From: Bdellovibrionales bacterium
GTDB taxonomy: Bacteria; Bdellovibrionota; Bdellovibrionia; Bdellovibrionales; JAGQZY01
Direction of reading: 5' to 3'
NCBI GenBank assembly: GCA_964230645.1
Contig: CAXRHT010000003.1
Span: forward strand, 32,001 to 96,000
DNA length: 64,000 nucleotides
The first letter of the stretch is position 1, and each line of letters opens with the position of its first letter. The notes under the pieces were generated by a model, which saw only the letters and a list, made by a program, of their open reading frames with translations, searched no databases and had not been told where the DNA came from. Both the position numbers and the translations under genes were made by a program. This document shows positions 40,039-48,533 of this stretch, one piece after another.

Positions 40039-40917
40039 TTGGCGAAAAAAGACTTTTATAAAATTTTAAATATTGATCACAAAGCGACGACCAAAGCTGT
40101 GAAAACAGCCTACCGGCAGCTCGCCTTAAAATATCATCCGGATCACAATCCCAACAACCCAAAAGCTGTTGAAATGTTCACTCTTATCAAAGAGGCCTAC
40201 GACATATTATCTGATCCTGATTTACGAAAAAAGTATGACTTCAGCTACACTCCCTCTAAACCAGAGCCTGTTGTTGAACCTCAAAGGCCACGGCCTTCTC
40301 AAACTCCGTCCTCATCCACAACTCCTCCAAAGAAAGTTAAAAACCTACGATACAATTTGTATATTACCTTAGAAGACGTACTGAATGGCTGCGAGCGTTC
40401 CATTCGATTTATACGAAAAAATCAGAGCGAAAATGAAACGGTACAACTAAAAGTAAGAGTTCCAAAGGGGGCCTTCAACCACCAACGTTTAAAACTGGCC
40501 GGCTACGGGGATGTGAGTAAAGAAGGGACTGGAGACCTTTTTGTTATCATTCACTTACAAGAGCACCCCATCTTTTTAAAAGATGACCTGAATCTCAGGG
40601 TTAACGTACCAATCAGTTACCTTGATGCTATGCTTGGCTCTCAAATTGAAGTGCCTATTCTAACGGGAATTAGAAAAATAAAACTAAAGCCCTGCGAGTT
40701 TGAGGATCTTAATGTGGTTTTGCAAGGCTTTGGCCTACCCGACCCTAAAGGACAGTATAAAGGAGAACTTTTGGTTCATTTTTTTATAGAACATCCTAAA
40801 AGCCTCTCCACATTTGAAAAAAATGCTGCGCAAAAATGCCAGAGAACTTGGCCAGAGGGGGATATGATGCGACAATACAAATCTTATCTGACCCAGCATA
40901 AAGGGAGTTCGAAATGA
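40039..40917 (+). CDS. DnaJ/CbpA-type J-domain protein lacking the zinc finger
   Basis: KYHPD J-domain, C-terminal GDLFV and VPISYLDAMLG; no CxxCxGxG repeats. Confidence 0.9.
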   Translation: MAKKDFYKILNIDHKATTKAVKTAYRQLALKYHPDHNPNNPKAVEMFTLIKEAYDILSDPDLRKKYDFSYTPSKPEPVVEPQRPRPSQTPSSSTTPPKKVKNLRYNLYITLEDVLNGCERSIRFIRKNQSENETVQLKVRVPKGAFNHQRLKLAGYGDVSKEGTGDLFVIIHLQEHPIFLKDDLNLRVNVPISYLDAMLGSQIEVPILTGIRKIKLKPCEFEDLNVVLQGFGLPDPKGQYKGELLVHFFIEHPKSLSTFEKNAAQKCQRTWPEGDMMRQYKSYLTQHKGSSK

Positions 40918-42884
40918 GAAAAGCCTTCGTATTAACAAGTCTATTTTTGCTTCTCGCATCCTGCTCAACCTTTAGAAAAAAAGAAAAACTCAATCAAGCT
41001 CCTCAACCTGTATTAAACCAACTTGTTGTGGCTCAAAATCAGTATAAAAACAAACAGTACACAGCGGCTGTCAAAACACTCAATACAATATTGAAGTTTC
41101 ATCGCGATACCAATGCTGGTGACGACGCTCTTTATTTATTGGCAAAGACTTACTCCCGTCTTGAAGACTGGGACAAAGCTTTAAAAGCTTATGAGGCTAT
41201 ATACGACTCTGATTACTTCTCAACAAGAGAAGGTATGTCTCGTATCGCGGGAGCTCGGATCCTGACCTTTAAAATTGGAGATTACAAAAAAGCGCTCTCT
41301 CATATCGACCGATCCCTTGATACAAAAATCAATCGCGAACAAAGAGCCGATCTTTTAGAGGTGAAGTTTTCAGCTCTCATGAAAACAGGAGCGCAACTTG
41401 AGGCCTTTGAAACTCTAGTCCAGCTTTCCGAGCAACATCCTGTTGTGACCAAAAGAGAAAGTTTTAAAAGAAAAGCAAAAGCCTTCCTAGATTCTCGTCT
41501 CTCTGGCCCTGAGCTTAAGGATTTTGCTGATGATGGAGACAATCCAGAATTACGCACAGATGCTATGTATCGGTATGGTGTTCTCCTTATGGGAGAAGGG
41601 AAGTACTCAGAGGCTCGATCTTATTTTGAAAGAGTGATCGAGATTAATCCTCGTAGTTATGTGGGCACTCAGTCTAAACAACTTCTAGAAAGGCTATCGA
41701 CTCGCGGAGAAGTGAACCAACGAACCATTGGAGTGATTCTTCCCTTGAGTGGCCGCTATTCAAATATTGGCTACCAAGCCCTTTGGGGTCTTCAGTTGGC
41801 ATTGGGGATAAAGGGTGGTCAAAACACAGAGAATGTTCGCCTCGCTATTATTGATAGCCGTGGAAAACCAGAGCAAGCCCGCCAAGGGGTTAGGCGTTTA
41901 GTTGAAGAAAACCACGCTATCGGGATTGTGGGAGGACTTCTTGCGAAAACGGCTTACTCGGCATCAATCCAGGCCCAGGAGTTAGGAATCCCTTTTATAG
42001 CCCTTTCTCAAAAAGAAGGTCTAACCGATATTGGACCTTTTATTTTTCGTAACGCTTTAACTGTAGATTCCCAATTGGATAAACTCATTGAGACTGCAAT
42101 CAATGAAAAAGGCTTTAAAAAATTCGCCGTTCTTTATCCCAACGACCCTTACGGGGTTAAGATGAGTAATCTTTTTTGGAAAAAGGTCACAAGCCGAGGT
42201 GGGAAAGTCACCGGTGCTCAAGCCTATTTACCGGGAGAAACGGATTTTAACGACTCCATTCAGAAACTTGTTGGGACCTACTATGTTGAAGACCGCAAAG
42301 AGGAATACGAGAAAAGACTGAAAGAATGGTACGAAGAAGAGGGAAACTCCGGGCGTACCCGTAAAAAACCCCCCGTGGGATTGCTGCCTCCGATTGTTGA
42401 CTTTGATGCTATCTTTATTCCCGATGGCCCTAAAGCCATTGGGCAGATCGCTCCGATGCTTGCTTATAACGATGTGACCGATGTTTTTCTTATTGGAACA
42501 AACATCTGGAACTCAAATGAATTTCTCCGCCGTGGTCAGAACTTTGTGAAACAGTCCCTTTTTACCGATGGATTTTACGATAAAAGTGAACAGTTCTTAG
42601 GCTCTCAATTTTACAGAACCTATTCTGATACCTTTAACAAGGCCCCCTCTACTTTTTCACTAATGGGTTACGATACAGGATTGGTTGTTAAATCAGTCTT
42701 GTCACAAAACGTGGATAACCGCCTAGATTTCACTAAGATTATTAAAGAAAACCGCGGGATTCCCGGAGCTTTAAGCACCCTTATGTTGAATGAGAAAAAA
42801 GAGTTCATTCGCCCCGTTGTCACTCTGACAGTCAAGGAAGGGGAAATCGTTCCTTTTGATCAAGTAGAATCTAAAACCGAGTAA
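40914..42884 (+). CDS. LpoA-like lipoprotein (TPR region plus periplasmic-binding-protein-like domain)
   Basis: Lipobox LASC, TPR N-terminus, IGVILPLSG, FDAIFIPD, GYD motifs. Confidence 0.78.
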   Translation: MRKAFVLTSLFLLLASCSTFRKKEKLNQAPQPVLNQLVVAQNQYKNKQYTAAVKTLNTILKFHRDTNAGDDALYLLAKTYSRLEDWDKALKAYEAIYDSDYFSTREGMSRIAGARILTFKIGDYKKALSHIDRSLDTKINREQRADLLEVKFSALMKTGAQLEAFETLVQLSEQHPVVTKRESFKRKAKAFLDSRLSGPELKDFADDGDNPELRTDAMYRYGVLLMGEGKYSEARSYFERVIEINPRSYVGTQSKQLLERLSTRGEVNQRTIGVILPLSGRYSNIGYQALWGLQLALGIKGGQNTENVRLAIIDSRGKPEQARQGVRRLVEENHAIGIVGGLLAKTAYSASIQAQELGIPFIALSQKEGLTDIGPFIFRNALTVDSQLDKLIETAINEKGFKKFAVLYPNDPYGVKMSNLFWKKVTSRGGKVTGAQAYLPGETDFNDSIQKLVGTYYVEDRKEEYEKRLKEWYEEEGNSGRTRKKPPVGLLPPIVDFDAIFIPDGPKAIGQIAPMLAYNDVTDVFLIGTNIWNSNEFLRRGQNFVKQSLFTDGFYDKSEQFLGSQFYRTYSDTFNKAPSTFSLMGYDTGLVVKSVLSQNVDNRLDFTKIIKENRGIPGALSTLMLNEKKEFIRPVVTLTVKEGEIVPFDQVESKTE

Positions 42885-42921
42885 CATAGCTCTCTACTTG
42901 CAGGTTGATATTCCGGCACTG

Positions 42922-43155
42922 GTCTAAAACATACCGTCTTGTGCGTCTAAAACTACCATCTTGAGCAAAGCCTTGAATATGTCGTCTTGAACGAGACCTT
43001 GAATATGTCGTCTTGAACGAGACCTTGAAAATGTCGTCTTGAGCGAAGCGAAAGACCTAAGATCCTTCGCTACGCTCAGGATGACATTACGTACACGCTC
43101 AGGATGACATTACGAACATGCACAGGATGACAATATGAATGCACTCGGGACGACA
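42922..43155. repeat. REP-like inverted pair flanked by decaying tandem arrays
   Basis: 26-bp units at 42971, 42997, 43023; inverted 27-bp arms at 43032-43058 and 43060-43086; 23-bp units at 43087, 43110, 43133. Confidence 0.88.
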
Positions 43156-43408
43156 TTAGGCAATTCACTGACTCAGTAACATGGATCTAATTGGACTAAA
43201 ATTCAGTCCCACTTCTTCAGTCTAGTTTCTCCCAGTCTGCTAAAAACCAGTAGGAGAGGACGTTTCCAGAGACTAGACGAAACTATTAATAAAATCTTTT
43301 TAAATTATAAAAAAATACAAGTATTCGATAAACCTCTGTTTTTCCTTGGTAATGCTTGAACTGTGGCTCTAGTAGCGGAATCTCGACCTTTTTGGGACCT
43401 TTGAAACC

Positions 43409-43435
43409 TAAATAAAATTAAGGATCTTCCGAAAT
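43409..43435 (+). promoter_or_regulatory. possible sigma-28 (FliA)-type promoter upstream of lon
   Basis: TAAA-N15-TCCGAAAT, compared with consensus TAAA-N15-GCCGATAA. Confidence 0.4.
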
Positions 43436-43476
43436 GTATCTTAGAGCAACAGTGAAAAATCTTATGGAGGCCATGA

Positions 43477-45867
43477 ATGGACGAAAAAAGCCTACAAATA
43501 CCTGAGCAGATTCCCATGTTACCAGTAAGGGATATCGTAATATTTCCTTATATGATCATACCACTTTTTGTGGGACGGGAGTCATCGATCCAGGCAGTAG
43601 AGGACAGCTTAGCTAATAATAGGCTGATCTTTTTAGCTTCGCAGAGAGATCTTACCGAAGAAAATCCCACAGAGAACAGTATCTATAAAGTGGGAACTGT
43701 TGCCATGATTATTCGAATGAGAAAACTGGCTGACGGCCGAGTGAAAATTCTTATTCAAGGTATGACAAAAGCGAAAATTACAAATTTTCATCAAAGTGAA
43801 CCTTTCTTCAACGTATCTGTGGATAAGATTGAGGATAAAGTCGATAACTCTGAAGAAGTGAAATTAAAAGCTGAAGCTCTTATTCGCACTTCAAAAGAAC
43901 AACTTGAGAAAGTGATCGCTTTGGGTAAGATTCTTTCTCCAGACATTCTCTTAGTGCTTGATGATATCAGTGAGCCAGGAAGAGTGGCTGATCTTATTGC
44001 AAGCAATATGGGATTAAAAGTAGAAGATGCCCAGAAAATTCTCGAAACTGATGATCACCTTGAAAGACTTAGACTTGTTAACGAAATTCTCGTTTCAGAA
44101 GTCGAAGTTTTACAAATGCAAGCTAAGATTCGCACAACAGCTAAAGATGAAATGTCTAAGAGCCAACGTGAGTACTTCTTACGCGAGCAGATGAAGGCTA
44201 TAAAGTCAGAACTTGGAGAGGCAGATTCCAAGGGTGATGAAATGGATGAATTAAGACAAAAAATTATGACAGCGGGCATGCCCGACGAAGTCGAAAAAGA
44301 AGTCATGAAGCAAATGGGGCGCTTAGAAAGAATGCACCCTGATGCTAGTGAGGCTTCCATGATCCGCACTTACCTTGATTGGATGGTGGATCTACCTTGG
44401 CAGAAAGAGTCGGTTGATAGCATCGACATCGAAAAGGCCAAGAAAATCTTAGAAGCCGATCACCATGGACTTGAAAAATCTAAAGAAAGAATTCTAGAGT
44501 TCTTAGCTGTTAAAAAGCTAAAAAATGTTATGAGAGGACCTATCCTATGTTTTTGTGGACCTCCTGGGGTTGGGAAGACCTCCCTTGGTAAGAGTATCGC
44601 AAAATCAATGAATAGAGAGTACTTCAGAATTGCACTTGGTGGAGTTAAAGACGAAGCTGAGATCCGCGGTCATAGAAGAACTTATGTGGGGGCAATGCCT
44701 GGAAAAATCGTTCAGGCTCTTAAACAGATTGGCACTAACAACCCAGTGATCGTTCTTGATGAAATTGATAAATTAGGAAGCGATTTCCGTGGGGATCCTT
44801 CAGCGGCAATGCTTGAGGTGTTAGATCCTGAGCAGAACGCTACTTTTAGAGATAACTATCTAAACGTTGATTTTGATCTTTCAAAAGCTCTGTTTATTGC
44901 GACAGCCAACGTAGTGGAAAACATTCCACCAGCTCTTCGTGACAGAATGGAACTGATTCCAATCTCTGGGTACACGGATGCTGAGAAACTTCAAATTACT
45001 AAAAAACACCTTATTCGTAAGCAGTTGGATGACAACGGAGTGACAGAAGATCAAATCGAATTTACCGACAACGGTATTAGCTTTCTCATCAATCACTACA
45101 CTCGTGAAGCAGGATTGAGAAATCTTGAAAGAGAAGTTGGGTCTGTATGCCGAAAGGTAGCTAAAGAAGTGGTCATGGGATCAAAAGACAAGTTCACTAT
45201 CGATAGCGAACAGGTTGTAAAATTCCTAGGTGCTCCAAAATATCTTAAAGAAGACAAACTACAAGAAGACACTGTTGGAGTGTGTACAGGTCTAGCCTGG
45301 ACTCAAGCCGGTGGAGAAGTTCTGTATGTGGAAGCTTTGGATATGAAGGGTAAGGGTGGATACACTTTGACCGGACAGATGGGTGACGTGATGAAAGAGT
45401 CAGCAACAGCTGCAATGTCATACGCTAGAGCCCACTCTGATGAACTGGGAATCGATCCGGACTGGTTTGAAAATAACCATGTTCACATCCACATGCCTGC
45501 CGGCGGTATTCCTAAAGATGGACCTTCGGCTGGAATCACAATGACAACAGCTATTGTGAGTATTATTACCGATATTCCGGTGAGAAAAGATGTGGCCATG
45601 ACAGGTGAAGTAACCCTAACTGGACGTGTTCTTCCTATCGGTGGAATTAAGGAAAAAGCTCTTGCAGCCCTTAGCCACGATATCGACACAGTGATTTGTC
45701 CCCTAGCCAATAAAAAAGATGTGGACGAAATCGCTGACGAAATCAGAGCAAAGATTAACTTTATCTTCGTAGAGCATCTTGATGAGGTTCTCCAGATCGC
45801 TCTTAAGTCTAAGGTTAACAAGAGCAAGCGCAGCTCTGGTAAAAACAAGCAGTTACCAGCCGCTTAA
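43477..45867 (+). CDS. lon: ATP-dependent protease La
   Basis: GPPGVGKTS, GHRRTYVGAMPG, PKDGPSAG, IGGIKEK. Confidence 0.98.
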   Translation: MDEKSLQIPEQIPMLPVRDIVIFPYMIIPLFVGRESSIQAVEDSLANNRLIFLASQRDLTEENPTENSIYKVGTVAMIIRMRKLADGRVKILIQGMTKAKITNFHQSEPFFNVSVDKIEDKVDNSEEVKLKAEALIRTSKEQLEKVIALGKILSPDILLVLDDISEPGRVADLIASNMGLKVEDAQKILETDDHLERLRLVNEILVSEVEVLQMQAKIRTTAKDEMSKSQREYFLREQMKAIKSELGEADSKGDEMDELRQKIMTAGMPDEVEKEVMKQMGRLERMHPDASEASMIRTYLDWMVDLPWQKESVDSIDIEKAKKILEADHHGLEKSKERILEFLAVKKLKNVMRGPILCFCGPPGVGKTSLGKSIAKSMNREYFRIALGGVKDEAEIRGHRRTYVGAMPGKIVQALKQIGTNNPVIVLDEIDKLGSDFRGDPSAAMLEVLDPEQNATFRDNYLNVDFDLSKALFIATANVVENIPPALRDRMELIPISGYTDAEKLQITKKHLIRKQLDDNGVTEDQIEFTDNGISFLINHYTREAGLRNLEREVGSVCRKVAKEVVMGSKDKFTIDSEQVVKFLGAPKYLKEDKLQEDTVGVCTGLAWTQAGGEVLYVEALDMKGKGGYTLTGQMGDVMKESATAAMSYARAHSDELGIDPDWFENNHVHIHMPAGGIPKDGPSAGITMTTAIVSIITDIPVRKDVAMTGEVTLTGRVLPIGGIKEKALAALSHDIDTVICPLANKKDVDEIADEIRAKINFIFVEHLDEVLQIALKSKVNKSKRSSGKNKQLPAA

Positions 45868-45886
45868 TCTAAAATCACATTTGATT

Positions 45887-45920
45887 AAAAAGAAGCAGGT
45901 CTCAAGCCTGCTTTTTTTTT
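45887..45920. terminator. bidirectional terminator after lon
   Basis: AAGCAGG/CCTGCTT stem with flanking A and T tracts. Confidence 0.85.
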
Positions 45921-46338
45921 AATTATCTTGAGGATTGTATTTTGAGTTCTCTCGCTCCAAATACATGACCAAAGTTTTAAGGTCTGTGATTTGTTGCTTG
46001 AGCTGGATGATCTGATCTTCTTTACTTTGAAGAGCCTGTCGGTAGGCTTTCTTAAGTTCATCCAAAAGCTCCGCTGAGGCTCCGGAACTTTCTTGTGATT
46101 TGGAGGCCTCAGGTTCAGAGGAGGAAGAGTTGCCTGATGCTTTCGAATTTGGGACGGGCGTGGAAGCATGGCTTTGGGGAGGCAACTCTTGCCTAGGCAA
46201 AAAATATTTACCATGAACGAGCTTGTGTTTGATTTTCTTAGCTTTTATCCGCCTACGCAGGGTGGATACACTCACACCATACTCATTCGAATACTCAGCC
46301 AAGGATAACCAATTTTGTTCTACATCCACTTCGTTCAT
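45919..46338 (-). CDS. HTH DNA-binding protein with C-terminal coiled coil
   Basis: WLSLAEYSNEYGVSVSTLRRRIK helix-turn-helix, Ser/Pro linker, heptad-patterned C-terminus. Confidence 0.75.
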   Translation of the reverse strand: MNEVDVEQNWLSLAEYSNEYGVSVSTLRRRIKAKKIKHKLVHGKYFLPRQELPPQSHASTPVPNSKASGNSSSSEPEASKSQESSGASAELLDELKKAYRQALQSKEDQIIQLKQQITDLKTLVMYLERENSKYNPQDN

Positions 46339-46495
46339 GACTATTCAACACTAGCATAACCAATGACTAAGACAATGGATAAGTTGCGAAACCCTGCTTT
46401 GGGCCTGCTTATTCATGGGGTAGTCAACCTGAATACCCAGACTCCCCTGAACTAAGTTATTGATTTTACTTGAGGTTAGTGGGTAAAATGGTCAG

Positions 46496-47701
46496 GTGAA
46501 GTTAAAAGATAAAAAGAAGATAGGACTAGCCCTCAGTGGGGGTGGAATTAAAGCGGCCGCTTTCCATATTGGTGTTTGTTTAGCACTAAAGGAAAAAGGC
46601 TTTCAATTTGCTGGTGGTACTCCTGAGGAGGTCTCCTCCAAGACGGATGGTCATGATAAGGTGATTAAGCTCTACGTAGGATCCAGTGCTGGAGCGGTTA
46701 TTAGCACCTTCCTAGCCAGTGGATACCCACTGCAGTCCATCATATCCGCCTTTGAAAAGGGTTCGGAATGGGATATTGGAGCCGTCTCCAACGACGACAT
46801 TTTTGGAGATCCCCTCAAACCATTGTCCTACTCTGACATTTTTGCCCTCAATGGAAAAAACTGGATTAAATATGTTCCTAACCTCATACGGAAACGAAGT
46901 CTTCTTTCAGGTGGAATCGAAGCCCTGGTGAAAAATGGATTAAAGATCAATGGCCTAGTCACAGCCAAAGGTCTGGAAAAATACATTCGAAAACATGTAT
47001 GGCCGACCAACACCTTTGAATCTTTAGGGGTAGAGCTCTATGTAGTCGCAACCCAGCTAAACCATTCAAGAAAGGTTATATTCGGGAATTTCCCTGAGAC
47101 CTCAAAGGTTAAGCATATCGGTTGGGCTAATTACGCTAAAATCAGTGATGCTGTGGCTGCTTCAGCCAGTTTGCCCCCTGTCTTTGCGCCTTATGGAATC
47201 AAAAATGAGCGAGGCAAAGAAATCTACTATTTTGATGGTGAAATTCGGGACACTCTTTCAACCCATGTGGCAAAAGACCACGGCTGCGATTTGATTATTT
47301 CTAGTTATTCCATTCAGCCCTACCACTACAATGAAAATATGGGGAGCCTCCACGAATACGGAATTCCCCTGATTTTCAATCAAGCTCTCTATCAAGTGGT
47401 TCAGCAAAAAATTGAATCCCACCGAGCCGCTCATGATGCCATTGATAAAATCCATCATGCCATTAGGGGTTACTTCAAACAAAAACAACTCCCTGAAGAG
47501 GATATGAATAAACTCCTTAAAATCATTGAGGAAAGAGCAGACTATAGACCCGATGTAGACTATTTATATATTCATCCTAACCCACACGATTATGAAATGT
47601 TTTTTGCCGATCACTTCAGCCTAAATCCAAGGATTTTATCAAATATTGTGCAAACAGGATTCCGAGCAGCTATCAATCAGCTACGAAAGCACGACCTCTA
47701 A
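46496..47701 (+). CDS. patatin-like phospholipase
   Basis: LSGGGIK, GSSAG nucleophile elbow, ASASLP, FDG. Confidence 0.92.
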   Translation: MKLKDKKKIGLALSGGGIKAAAFHIGVCLALKEKGFQFAGGTPEEVSSKTDGHDKVIKLYVGSSAGAVISTFLASGYPLQSIISAFEKGSEWDIGAVSNDDIFGDPLKPLSYSDIFALNGKNWIKYVPNLIRKRSLLSGGIEALVKNGLKINGLVTAKGLEKYIRKHVWPTNTFESLGVELYVVATQLNHSRKVIFGNFPETSKVKHIGWANYAKISDAVAASASLPPVFAPYGIKNERGKEIYYFDGEIRDTLSTHVAKDHGCDLIISSYSIQPYHYNENMGSLHEYGIPLIFNQALYQVVQQKIESHRAAHDAIDKIHHAIRGYFKQKQLPEEDMNKLLKIIEERADYRPDVDYLYIHPNPHDYEMFFADHFSLNPRILSNIVQTGFRAAINQLRKHDL

Positions 47702-47708
47702 ATGATTC

Positions 47709-48533
47709 TTAATCTTCATTTGTGAGCTTAGGGTAACCCAACTTTGGTCTTGCTATTTTATTGTGATTCAAGATTGTGGTTCCACGCTCATAAACGTCCG
47801 ATTCGAAATCTTTTTCAAATCGCACATCAAAAACGTAGGCTTTAACGACCAATTGGATCACCAACTGATAGTTTTTATAGGTCTCCTGGACAATAATCTT
47901 GATGGGCTTTTTCAAATAAGCAAACCGACTGGTCGCCACCACCTGATAAATCAACTGTTTGGCTTTTCCAATATCGGACTCCATATCGAGATGAAAATTC
48001 CAAACAATCATCATATCCAGAGCTCCGGAATTTCCAGAGGCCACCACATCGGACATAAATTTAGAGTTGGGGATTGTGACTTCGTTATCATCAAGAGTTT
48101 GAATTCTTACGGCCCTAAGTCCTATATTTGTAATTTCTCCGTAAGTGTTCTCATAGGTCACACGATCTCCCACCTGGAAGGGGCGATCAAAAAGTAAGGT
48201 CACACCTGCAACGATAGAAGTAACTAGATCTTTTAAAGAAAAACCAATGGCAACAGCGGCCGAACCACCCAAAGCTAAAAGTAATTCTTTTGAAGGTTTC
48301 AGTATTCCAAATACTAACGCCGCGGTTCCAAATATATAGAGCCCAAAAGAGAGCATGGTGGTTATTTGTAAAAACAGCAGCCTATAGTTTGGAACACTCT
48401 CACCTAGACGATCGGAGAGCCTTTTCAAAACATTGCCCAACAATACAACAATAAAGAGCCCAATAGCGATTGTGAACAGCTTTTGAAACTGCAGAAGTTT
48501 TAAAATTTCAGAAACATTATCACTGGGATTCAT
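47709..48533 (-). CDS. small-conductance mechanosensitive channel (MscS family)
   Basis: AIGFSLKD, RPFQVGDRV, GEITNIGLR, VTIPNS. Confidence 0.9.
   Translation of the reverse strand: MNPSDNVSEILKLLQFQKLFTIAIGLFIVVLLGNVLKRLSDRLGESVPNYRLLFLQITTMLSFGLYIFGTAALVFGILKPSKELLLALGGSAAVAIGFSLKDLVTSIVAGVTLLFDRPFQVGDRVTYENTYGEITNIGLRAVRIQTLDDNEVTIPNSKFMSDVVASGNSGALDMMIVWNFHLDMESDIGKAKQLIYQVVATSRFAYLKKPIKIIVQETYKNYQLVIQLVVKAYVFDVRFEKDFESDVYERGTTILNHNKIARPKLGYPKLTNED

Noticed and set aside
42922..43155. CRISPR array
   Set aside because: Units are directly tandem with no unique spacers, lie in opposite orientations around a central palindrome, and no cas genes are present.
43220..43278. Imperfect inverted repeat GTCTAGTTTCT/AGAGACTAGAC upstream of lon as a structured RNA
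   Set aside because: Single occurrence, no recognisable RNA family motif and no covariation evidence.
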